A stretch of DNA of 24,000 bases from Promethearchaeota archaeon (lineage in GTDB: Archaea > Asgardarchaeota > Lokiarchaeia > Sigyniarchaeales > Promethearchaeaceae): positions 11,281-35,280 of the forward strand of contig SDNX01000012.1 of assembly GCA_004524545.1 (NCBI GenBank), read 5' to 3'. Position 1 is the first letter of the stretch, and every line of letters starts with the position of its first letter. Below the pieces are notes generated by a model that ran no database searches, was not told where the DNA came from, and saw only the letters and a program-made list of their open reading frames with translations. The translations under genes and the position numbers were made by a program. This document shows positions 8,122-16,164 of the stretch, in pieces.

Positions 8122-8499
8122 CTATATAATCATAAAATGCCGTGCCATAAGCATGGTGTAGTATACAAAGAACCAAGCCCATAACCCGGTGCATCCAACC
8201 AAGATCCCAATTAACCATTTTGCTCCATTTGCGGATCTTGCTCCCATATAGAGTTTCACCATTCCTACAATCTGTAACACGGTACATATTAAAGCACTCG
8301 AACATGCAGCAATATAAAATTCTAAAGAGTAATATAGAAACCAGAAAATATAGAATCCAAAAATCCCCATTCCGATTAAAATCAGAGCATGCAATTGGTT
8401 TGACGGTCTTCTAATACGGATTCGATCATCAGATTTCTGGGAAGCATCTCGATCGGTTGGAATCACGGGTTGAATACCAATTTCAGAATTTTTTTTCAT
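8122..8499 (-). CDS. Small integral membrane protein (125 aa, about 3 TM)
   Basis: Hydrophobic spans HALILIGMGIFGFYIFWFLYY, FYIAACSSALICTVLQIVGMV and WLIGILVGCTGLWAWFFVYY. Intact ORF convergent with 7924..8115. AT-rich TATAAATATATTAC-like element upstream on the minus strand. Confidence 0.55.
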   Translation of the reverse strand: MKKNSEIGIQPVIPTDRDASQKSDDRIRIRRPSNQLHALILIGMGIFGFYIFWFLYYSLEFYIAACSSALICTVLQIVGMVKLYMGARSANGAKWLIGILVGCTGLWAWFFVYYTMLMARHFMII

Positions 8500-8661
8500 T
8501 TCTGATCATAGGTTCTCCAAAGTAATATATTTATATTTCGTATCTGCTAGAAGACCCGAGGTTCCTTAGATTAAAATGAGGATTTGAAATAAAAGGAATC
8601 AACTCGGATAATAGATGATTTTTAGAAAAAATATTCGAACACATGCACTAGGTATATCCAA

Positions 8662-8669
8662 CTTTTTAA
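8662..8669 (+). promoter_or_regulatory. TATA-like element for the cyclophilin gene
   Basis: CTTTTTAA ends 27 nt before the internal ATG at 8696. Same octamer and similar spacing as upstream of tmk. Confidence 0.4.
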
Positions 8670-8695
8670 TAACGGTGTTCTTAGTATTCTTACTT

Positions 8696-9142
8696 ATGTC
8701 ACATCCACAAGTAAAAATGGAAACAAACAAAGGAACAATCATTATTGAATTTTATCCGGAACATGCCCCGGGTACGGTGAAAAATTTCTTAGATTTAACT
8801 CGAAAGGGATTCTACAACGGATTGACTTTCCATCGTGTTATACCGGAATTTGTCGTTCAAGGAGGATGTCCTCGTGGTACAGGTACTGGAGGTCCGGGAT
8901 ATACAATCAAATGTGAAACCGTTGGAAATCCATTAATTCATAAACCTGGAGCGTTAAGTATGGCACATGCAGGAAAAGATACAGGAGGATCCCAATTCTT
9001 CATTGTTTTGACTCGTGCGCACACTAAACACTTAGATGGGGCACATACGGTGTTTGGTCAGGTCATCGAAGGATTTGATTCAGTAGTTACAAAACTTACG
9101 AATGGAGATAAAATGGTAAAGGTCTCCATTTTAAGTGAATAA
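8696..9142 (+). CDS. Cyclophilin-type peptidyl-prolyl cis-trans isomerase (track ORF starts at 8615; 8696 is the likelier start)
   Basis: [64 protein letters not shown]...[21 protein letters not shown]...[15 protein letters not shown]: canonical cyclophilin signature. Confidence 0.95.
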   Translation: MSHPQVKMETNKGTIIIEFYPEHAPGTVKNFLDLTRKGFYNGLTFHRVIPEFVVQGGCPRGTGTGGPGYTIKCETVGNPLIHKPGALSMAHAGKDTGGSQFFIVLTRAHTKHLDGAHTVFGQVIEGFDSVVTKLTNGDKMVKVSILSE

Positions 9143-9169
9143 TTCATTTTTTTTCTTTTAGGTGTCACT

Positions 9170-10072
9170 ATGAAAGCTGCAACAAAACTAATGGAAATGG
9201 AAACAGAAGACATTAGAATTTTAGCAGCTGTAGAACTGGGAATGAAAAAACACGAAATGGTTCCCATTAAGCATATTTCTTATTTCGCACGATATGAATT
9301 GGAAGAAACTGAATATCGTTTGGATCGTGTGCATAAAATGGGGTTATTACAAAGGAATAAAGTAGGTTCTGTCGCATATTGTCTCATTAGCGAGGGATAC
9401 GATATCCTTGCACTTCATACCCTATTCAGTCAAGGATACATTGAATCCGTAGGACCTCCCTTGGGAAAGGGAAAAGAATCTGATGTGTATCGTTGCTTAA
9501 CTAAAGATAATGAGCAAGTAGCACTAAAGGTGCATCGACTTGGTCAAACAAGTTTCCGAAGCATACGGAAATTTCGTTCGTATATTGACGAACGAACGCA
9601 TACCTCATGGCTATATATCAGTCGTCTATCTGCGAAGCGTGAATTTGAAGGATTGAAGCGCGTTGCCAAATTAAATTTAAGAACTCCAAAACCCATTGCA
9701 CAAAACCGTCATGCAGTTGTAATGAGTATTATTCAAGGGGAAGAAATTAGTAAATTTGATGAATTAAATGATCCCGATGTGCATTTCAACAAGATAGTAG
9801 GAGAGTACAAACTTTTCTTTTCGAAAGCTCATGTAATTCATGGAGATTTGTGCGAGTTCAATATCTTACTGGATCCAGATGATAATGTGCTGATAATAGA
9901 TTGGCCCCAATGGGAAGATTGGAATCATCCAAATGCATTAGAGTTGGTAACCAGAGATATAACTAATTTATGCACCTTCTTCCAGAAGAAGGGAGTAGAA
10001 TCCAATTCTGATGAAATTATTCGAGATATTATGCAGTTAAATCCTAAATTCCGAGAACAAACCAAAAAATGA
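9170..10072 (+). CDS. rio2: RIO2-type atypical serine/threonine protein kinase (ribosome biogenesis)
   Basis: N-terminal winged-helix region, GPPLGKGKESDVYRC, ALKVHRLGQTSFRSI, IHGDLCEFNILL, VLIIDWPQW: RIO2 motifs. Confidence 0.92.
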   Translation: MKAATKLMEMETEDIRILAAVELGMKKHEMVPIKHISYFARYELEETEYRLDRVHKMGLLQRNKVGSVAYCLISEGYDILALHTLFSQGYIESVGPPLGKGKESDVYRCLTKDNEQVALKVHRLGQTSFRSIRKFRSYIDERTHTSWLYISRLSAKREFEGLKRVAKLNLRTPKPIAQNRHAVVMSIIQGEEISKFDELNDPDVHFNKIVGEYKLFFSKAHVIHGDLCEFNILLDPDDNVLIIDWPQWEDWNHPNALELVTRDITNLCTFFQKKGVESNSDEIIRDIMQLNPKFREQTKK

Positions 10073-11286
10073 GAGGAAATATGACACAAAAAGTACGACG
10101 AACCTTATTTACTCTGTCTGTTTTAGGGGATTTAGGAAATTCGCTATTATTGGTTACTTCAATTGCATACGGTGTCACTCTCACAACTGATCCTCTTATT
10201 GTTGGATTTATTGGAGCCGCATATGGATTTACCTATTTAATAACTCCTGGTATTTTGGGTTGGCTAGGAGATAAGTTTCCTCGAAAAACCAGTCTATTGA
10301 TCGCATCCTCAGGGCAAACCATTATTGCGATGATATTGTTCCTATTCGCAAATTCTCCATTAATCTTGATTTTAGGACAAATCGGATTGGGTATTGTCTA
10401 TGGATTTTTTTGGCCCTCAATTGAAGCTTATACATCCGAAATCTCTATACCTAATACCACTCAGAGTTGGGAACACTCCCATAAAAAAAGTATTTTAATG
10501 TTTTGCATTGCATGGTCTATAGGATATATGATCGGGCCACTTCTTGCCGGGGTTTTTAGTGATTATTTTCTTTCAGGTGCTTTCATTACAGTTATTATTG
10601 TTTATCTTACCGAAATCATTCTTGTGGTAATAAATCTACCAAAACTTAACACTCATTCCCCTATGACGAGTCAAGAAATAAATGAGAAGAATGATCTAGA
10701 AGAAAATGACTCTACTAGGCTTAAACAAAACACGATTTCATTATTCGAATTGATAGTGACTATTTTTTTATATTCATTTCTTTCCAAAACAATATTCACG
10801 TATTTTGCGGATTATTCTTTGGATCCCCATGGATTACAATGGACAGAATCCCTTATGGGTATTGTAATTTTCATGTTTGGTCTGGGTAGAACATTATATT
10901 TCATCGTAAACTATGTTTGGGTCCATGTACGAAGTACGATGAAGCTAATCTTATACACATTTTTGGGTATGGGACTGTGTTTGATGAGTATTTCATTTAC
11001 AAAAAATCCCTTCATCATGTCGATTATTCTACTGTTTCTAGGAATTGGAGCGGGAATCGTATATTCTTCAGCTTTAGATCTCATGTTACAGCAAACCCAG
11101 AAAAGAAAAGGTGCTAAAGCGGGAATTTTTGAAAGCATGGTCGGTCTCGGGAGTATTTTGGCTCCTTTGGTTGCAGGATGGATTGCTAGAAAGACTATCC
11201 TGACAATTCCTTTTTATGCGTTTGCGGGGTTTACTTTTGTAATTTTCTTGATATTTTTCTTATTGGAATATCTAAGGAAAAAATAA
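10069..11286 (+). CDS. Major facilitator superfamily transporter
   Basis: About 12 hydrophobic spans. GWLGDKFPRKTSLLIASSGQ matches the MFS loop 2-3 motif. ATG overlaps the upstream TGA (ATGA). Confidence 0.85.
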   Translation: MRGNMTQKVRRTLFTLSVLGDLGNSLLLVTSIAYGVTLTTDPLIVGFIGAAYGFTYLITPGILGWLGDKFPRKTSLLIASSGQTIIAMILFLFANSPLILILGQIGLGIVYGFFWPSIEAYTSEISIPNTTQSWEHSHKKSILMFCIAWSIGYMIGPLLAGVFSDYFLSGAFITVIIVYLTEIILVVINLPKLNTHSPMTSQEINEKNDLEENDSTRLKQNTISLFELIVTIFLYSFLSKTIFTYFADYSLDPHGLQWTESLMGIVIFMFGLGRTLYFIVNYVWVHVRSTMKLILYTFLGMGLCLMSISFTKNPFIMSIILLFLGIGAGIVYSSALDLMLQQTQKRKGAKAGIFESMVGLGSILAPLVAGWIARKTILTIPFYAFAGFTFVIFLIFFLLEYLRKK

Positions 11287-11724
11287 TTATACTTCTGGTG
11301 GAGATTTTTGCTCCAATTCAGGAAATTGCTCCAATATATCACGATGACGTTTCATTATCCGTTTTCTCCAAGGGTCATCGTCCGAAATATAATCTACTAA
11401 CTGATAGTTAGAGATAGTTTCCTTAGTTGGGTAGTATACCATTACTTCGTCCTTGCTTCCATCAGAATAGAGTACAGAAACGGGAATTCGTGAATAAAGC
11501 AACCCCTCATAATAATCGAGTTGGGCTAATCCCTTTTGATCCACATCGAATACCAAGCCCCAAAAGCCTTTTTTTGTATTGGAAGAATCTAATTTGAGGA
11601 TAAAAGGAAATGGATCTAATGGGCGCTGAATTCTGATAAACCCAGAAAGAAATGCAGCACGGACATTTTGAAAATTCCGGTAAATCTCACTTGTAATGAA
11701 CGTGCCATATCCAAAAATCTTCAT
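11287..11724 (-). CDS. Gamma-glutamylcyclotransferase-like / AIG2-like protein (track ORF starts at 11844; 11724 is the likelier start)
   Basis: MKIFGYGTFITSEIYR ... GFWGLVFDVDQKGLAQLDYYEGLLYSRIPV resembles the GGCT/AIG2 YGT...LDxxEG...Y pattern. Confidence 0.75.
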   Translation of the reverse strand: MKIFGYGTFITSEIYRNFQNVRAAFLSGFIRIQRPLDPFPFILKLDSSNTKKGFWGLVFDVDQKGLAQLDYYEGLLYSRIPVSVLYSDGSKDEVMVYYPTKETISNYQLVDYISDDDPWRKRIMKRHRDILEQFPELEQKSPPEV

Positions 11725-11764
11725 GATTCCCATACCATAACTGTTAAGGGTGGTTTGAAGTCTT

Positions 11765-12001
11765 TTAATCGGCCTGTGGCTTGATAAACAAGATGTTATT
11801 GCCGCGAATGAAGATTTCTCCGAATTTTGCAGTGACTGAGCCATCCATCATTTCTTTAGCATTTTCGATTATCATGTTCAGATAGTTATCGCAAATCTTC
11901 AAACGTCCAAGATATTCGATGCCATCTTTTAATCGAATTAGGATAGTAGAGTTGACTGCGTTATGTAATACTTTCAATGGATTTTTTGGATCTATAGACA
12001 T
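11765..12001 (-). CDS. Sm-like archaeal protein (LSm)
   Basis: PLKVLHNAVNSTILIRLKDGIEYLGRLKICDNYLNMIIENAKE...GEIFIRGNNILFIKP: Sm1 and Sm2 motifs. Confidence 0.93.
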   Translation of the reverse strand: MSIDPKNPLKVLHNAVNSTILIRLKDGIEYLGRLKICDNYLNMIIENAKEMMDGSVTAKFGEIFIRGNNILFIKPQAD

Positions 12002-12075
12002 CTTGTGATGTTTTTATAATTGAAGGAATTAAAATTTTACCTAATGCACCTTGATTTAATCGAGTTAAATTCCCA

Positions 12076-12843
12076 ATGAAACCCTCCCCTTTGGATTCTA
12101 AAAAAGCAGAACAAATGCGTAATGCCTATGATGGAACTTCGGAGTATTATGATTCTAGATACCGTCATATCCAATATCTGAAATACAGTATATTACTGCA
12201 TCAAATTATCAAGATTCAAAAATTACCCCAGATCCAGTTAAGGGGACTCGTTTTGGATAATGGAGGGGGAACTGGTTTATTTCTGGAATTTCTTCAGAAG
12301 TTATCAAAATTTTCAATAAGAAACTCAGAAGAAGACGAAAAAATTAACCAAATCCTTGAATTCACTTGTTATCTTATCAGTAAAAAATATAGAACTACGC
12401 CTATTTCCTTAATTTTTCCCCCAACAGTAATTTGTGATGTATCTTTTGAAATGCTGCAAATTGCGCGGAAATTTCAAGATAGTATTATGTTGTATGGGTT
12501 AGTTTCATGTGACAGTGCTCATCTTCCATTCAGGCCTTCTCAATTTTCCACGATCACGGCATTTACTGTATTCCAGAACATTGAAAACATTAATAAAGCA
12601 ATAGAAGAATCGCATCGTGTACTTGTCGATCAAGGATGTTTAGGAATTTCGATTTTAAAAAAATCTTACAATAAATTTCGGTTTGCAGAAATGTTGGGAA
12701 AATGCTTTGATGATATCTATCCAGTTAATTTTGAAAAAGAAAGGGGAGATTTTCAAAAAATGATAGTGCAAAATGGTAAATATTCCCAATTCTATGATCT
12801 CGAAAAGGTCGAAGATTTCTTCTTAACTGCAAAAAAACTCTAA
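12076..12843 (+). CDS. Class I SAM-dependent methyltransferase
   Basis: GLVLDNGGGTGLFLEFLQ (motif I), VICDVSFEMLQIAR (motif II), GLVSCDSAHLPFRPSQFSTITAFTVFQNIENINKAIEESHRVL. Confidence 0.85.
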   Translation: MKPSPLDSKKAEQMRNAYDGTSEYYDSRYRHIQYLKYSILLHQIIKIQKLPQIQLRGLVLDNGGGTGLFLEFLQKLSKFSIRNSEEDEKINQILEFTCYLISKKYRTTPISLIFPPTVICDVSFEMLQIARKFQDSIMLYGLVSCDSAHLPFRPSQFSTITAFTVFQNIENINKAIEESHRVLVDQGCLGISILKKSYNKFRFAEMLGKCFDDIYPVNFEKERGDFQKMIVQNGKYSQFYDLEKVEDFFLTAKKL

Positions 12844-12853
12844 GGTTACAAAA

Positions 12854-13744
12854 ATGAAACTGTATGTATTTGAAACGGATAAATGGATGGAAAGTGATGT
12901 AATTTACCCTCATGATATTGCATTATGTTTAGTTCCAGAAAAGAAAAAAATCTACGTATGGGATGGGCCAAGAGCCACTTCAGAAAAAAAAACTCAAGCA
13001 CATGAAATTTTAGATGATGTTGCAGGGAAATACCCCTTATATTCAATCATTCCCGTAGATGGGGATACCCCCCCATCCATTACAGACTGCATTAATACAT
13101 ATGTGAACACAAGTTTTGAAGAAGTCGAGAAAATTGATCGTGATCCTCAGTATGTGGTCTTTTTTTATATGATGTTAGGATTAATTGTGGGACTGATTGT
13201 CGGATACATCATGATTTTACGGATTATTGGATGGAATAAGGTTCCTGGGCAACCTCTTCTAATAATAAGTACAACTGGTTTCGCTAATTGGGTAACCCAA
13301 AACATTATTGTTCTAATTATCTTAGCTAGTTTATTTTTTGTGAGCTTAATATTCGCCAGTTTGACACAAAAAATCTTTTTAATCATAACTGCAAGTGTAG
13401 GAGTTATCGTCTTAACAGGTACGATATTTTACTTCTATTTGGGGATCTATTTATTTGATTTCAAGCCAGGATCCCCAATTGGATATTATTACCTCTCAAT
13501 CGGTGCAGTTGTAGGATTCTTCTTCTTAAATTTGCTCGCATTGCTCGTAATTTTTACCCCAATGGTTATATCCTTATGGGCTATTTATACAACCACCACC
13601 CCCATCTCATGGGCAGACTGGAAAGAAAAACGGAAGAAAAAAGCTGTGGTAATGAAAAAGTTCTCCGTTTTGGACAGGGAATCGAAATTCACGGAGTTAG
13701 AACAAGATCTCGAAAACGAGACATCAGAGGAACAAGAATCTTAG
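12854..13744 (+). CDS. Putative gelsolin-like domain fused to a polytopic (4-5 TM) membrane region
   Basis: N-terminus MKLYVFETDKW...DIALCLVPEKKKIYVWDGPRATSEKKTQAHEILDDV...IIPVDGDTPPSI resembles gelsolin repeats. Hydrophobic spans follow from YVVFFYMMLGLIVGLIVGYIMI onward, then a charged C-terminal tail. 10 nt gap to the upstream methyltransferase. Confidence 0.6.
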   Translation: MKLYVFETDKWMESDVIYPHDIALCLVPEKKKIYVWDGPRATSEKKTQAHEILDDVAGKYPLYSIIPVDGDTPPSITDCINTYVNTSFEEVEKIDRDPQYVVFFYMMLGLIVGLIVGYIMILRIIGWNKVPGQPLLIISTTGFANWVTQNIIVLIILASLFFVSLIFASLTQKIFLIITASVGVIVLTGTIFYFYLGIYLFDFKPGSPIGYYYLSIGAVVGFFFLNLLALLVIFTPMVISLWAIYTTTTPISWADWKEKRKKKAVVMKKFSVLDRESKFTELEQDLENETSEEQES

Positions 13745-13746
13745 AG

Positions 13747-13788
13747 TTTGTTTTCTTTTTAATCGCTTCTCTATCATTTTCTTTTTAT
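13747..13788 (+). terminator. Oligo-T rich region, candidate archaeal terminator of the 12076..13744 unit
   Basis: Immediately after the stop: TTTGTTTTCTTTTT ... TTTTCTTTTT. Confidence 0.4.
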
Positions 13789-13877
13789 TGACATTCTATG
13801 AATTATTGCGAAAACCTTTGGTAAACACTGTTCTTTAATAAAAATTCCCCCACTAAGATTTGTTAGAAACAAAAACA

Positions 13878-13885
13878 CTTTTTAA
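13878..13885 (+). promoter_or_regulatory. Candidate TATA-like element for the 13948..15489 gene
   Basis: CTTTTTAA octamer 62 nt upstream of ATG. An SD-like GAGGT at 13933..13937 implies a leadered transcript here. Confidence 0.35.
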
Positions 13886-13947
13886 GCTAAACAACAACAT
13901 AATCAACGGTATAAAGATTTTACACTTATATCGAGGTAAAAATTATA

Positions 13948-15489
13948 ATGGCTAAAAAAGGAATTGGCGGCGTGATTTCGGGATCTATTATCCTATTTCT
14001 CGGCGCTATTATTATAACTGCGGGAGTAGGCGGTCGTGCTATGGCTAATAGCTTCCTCATCGAACCCATGGTGGGATCCACGCTAGGAGACATAGAAGCC
14101 CAAGCTATCCCGGCTCTAGAACCTGCAATTCAGGATATGGCATATCCCCTCTTCTTAGATGGGGTATATACTCAAATGCAATATGCCTTTGGTGGAGATC
14201 CCGCTAATCTGGCGGCATTCATTAACGGAAGCACTGCGGCGGGAGCGATATACGCAACTGCAAATGCTTTACATCCAGCACCTTATGCAGATCTTAATGC
14301 AGCATTGGTAGGTCTCTTCAACGATAATATTTTAACTAACTATGGAACTCCAATCCCAGGTATCTCGGAATCTATGAATGCAGGAACTCCAATCGGATAC
14401 ACTCTTCCAATGGTTGGTGCACTCTGTATGGGTTCTGGCTCCCCACCATTCGTAGGTATTTTAGAAGAAGATCCTTTAACGGATGGAACTCCTGGAATAT
14501 TAGTGTTCCTTGCAACCTATCAAGCAGCTATGGCAGATCCACCCACAATGACAGCAATGCTCGCGGCATACGGTCTTCCAGCTCAAGCAATGTTAGATGC
14601 TGTTGCAGGATATATCACAATGGTCTTATTCCCAGCAGTTGGAGCTTTAATTACTGGAGCTTTAGGATGGAATGAAATGATGCCTGCTGCGACCTCAGCT
14701 ACTGTTGGAGATTATATTTTAGCACAATGGGCTCAAATGGCTTTGCTCCCCGGCGGATTAGGATCATTAGACGCAGCAGCAACCAATTTCGAAGTAGATA
14801 GTACATTCGAGAATTTGACTCAAGTGAAATCCGTGTGGAATTCTTTAATAGGCGGTGAATTCTTACGATGGTATGCAGGTGATACAACTTTAATTGGTGA
14901 TTTGAGTATCACACAGACTATCTATGATGATGTCGTTGATTGGCTCCCTGAAGTTCTACCTGTTGTTCTCATGGGTGTTGCTGGAGAATTTGGCTTGACA
15001 TACACCACCCCCGATGCATTGTATAAGGATTTATTCATAGGGCAATGGGGACATATCGGATATTTGTTAGATGATCCTCTCTTCTCAATGCTCGGATCTG
15101 ATTTGGTTTTCGAAATCGATTTTGCATATGTAGATCAATTATCACAAGCAGATGGTTTAGCTCTGTGGACCGATCTAACAAGTGAAGAAGGTATTAAAGA
15201 ATGGTTTGCTGCTGTCAATGATCGAGACGGTCCTGAGTATGAAGCAAAACAAGCAGAATTTGATTTAAATTTCGAACAAATGAAAAAGGTCGTGAATTAC
15301 TTAGCAGAATGGCGAGATAGTACTCTCTTTGCACTAAATATTCAAGAAGAAGAGATAGTTTTGCCTATCTGGGGTGCTGATCTTGGAGCAGCGTTGGATG
15401 ATCTTGAACTCTATCTTCCAATCGGTGGTGGAGTGTTCGCCTGCGCTGGTGTTCTATTAATTGCTTTGTTTGCTCGAAAACGAGCATAA
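13948..15489 (+). CDS. Membrane protein with a TM span at each end and a large Ala/Leu-rich ectodomain; family unknown
   Basis: N-terminal GGVISGSIILFLGAIIITAGVGG and C-terminal LYLPIGGGVFACAGVLLIALFARKRA spans flank about 450 aa. SD-like GAGGT upstream. Confidence 0.75.
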   Translation: MAKKGIGGVISGSIILFLGAIIITAGVGGRAMANSFLIEPMVGSTLGDIEAQAIPALEPAIQDMAYPLFLDGVYTQMQYAFGGDPANLAAFINGSTAAGAIYATANALHPAPYADLNAALVGLFNDNILTNYGTPIPGISESMNAGTPIGYTLPMVGALCMGSGSPPFVGILEEDPLTDGTPGILVFLATYQAAMADPPTMTAMLAAYGLPAQAMLDAVAGYITMVLFPAVGALITGALGWNEMMPAATSATVGDYILAQWAQMALLPGGLGSLDAAATNFEVDSTFENLTQVKSVWNSLIGGEFLRWYAGDTTLIGDLSITQTIYDDVVDWLPEVLPVVLMGVAGEFGLTYTTPDALYKDLFIGQWGHIGYLLDDPLFSMLGSDLVFEIDFAYVDQLSQADGLALWTDLTSEEGIKEWFAAVNDRDGPEYEAKQAEFDLNFEQMKKVVNYLAEWRDSTLFALNIQEEEIVLPIWGADLGAALDDLELYLPIGGGVFACAGVLLIALFARKRA

Positions 15490-15539
15490 ACCTAAAAAAA
15501 TCAATTATTTATTTCTTTTTTTCTTCCACCCTTTCAAAC

Positions 15540-16100
15540 CTAGTCGTATTTATATCCCCCAGTATCAGATTCTACTTCTACTCCTAATCCTAACACGATT
15601 CGATTCACAAAATTAAAGTAACTGATTACTAGTGTCGCATCTAATATTTCCCTATCTGTAGTTCCCAACTCTTTTAACTGATCCATGAGAGCATTCACTT
15701 CCATGCTAGCGGGAAATAAAGTCATTGTGTAAGCCAAGTCACAAAGCAACTTGTCCTTTGGTGGGAGCTCTACCTTGGTGTAATCCTCTCGTAATAATTG
15801 GACCTTCTCTTCATCTCGCCACAAGTGTTTCAGAGCTTCTCCATGGTGCACCTGGCAATATTTACATTTATTTGCTTCCGAGACCACCACCGCGATCATT
15901 TCCCGTTGAGCTCGATGGAGCGGAGATTTATTAAACATAATTGTCAGATATAGCTGAACATGATCCAGCATGGATTGGGGATTAAGACTGTGGATTTTGT
16001 GTATTTCCGCAAGTTTTCCACGTTTCTGAATTACTTCATCGTATACCTGCTTTAATTCACCCTCTGCTTCGTCATAGTCGATTATTTTGATCCTTGGCAT
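15540..16100 (-). CDS. Carboxymuconolactone decarboxylase/AhpD-like (peroxidase-related) protein (track ORF starts at 16211; 16100 is the likelier start)
   Basis: SPLHRAQREMIAVVVSEANKCKYCQVHHGEALKHL: AhpD-like CxxCxxxH motif. ATG at 16098..16100 gives MPRIKIIDYDEAEGELKQVYDEV and removes the overlap with porB. Confidence 0.85.
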   Translation of the reverse strand: MPRIKIIDYDEAEGELKQVYDEVIQKRGKLAEIHKIHSLNPQSMLDHVQLYLTIMFNKSPLHRAQREMIAVVVSEANKCKYCQVHHGEALKHLWRDEEKVQLLREDYTKVELPPKDKLLCDLAYTMTLFPASMEVNALMDQLKELGTTDREILDATLVISYFNFVNRIVLGLGVEVESDTGGYKYD

Positions 16101-16164
16101 ACCAAAAACTAGAAGTGGAAAAATAAAAATATAGAGAATAAAAAATAGAAAGAAAGTAGGAATT

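Noticed and set aside
7832-8305. Minus-strand 157-aa ORF
   Set aside because: Antisense to the 3' end of tmk and the whole zinc micro-protein. Composition (Cys/His/Tyr-rich, no domain) reads like shadow translation of the Cys-rich gene.
12725-13791. ORFs 12725..12913, 12846..13046 and 13165..13386 (minus) and 13576..13791 (plus)
   Set aside because: Antisense or out-of-frame with the methyltransferase and gelsolin-like membrane genes; low-complexity translations without motifs.
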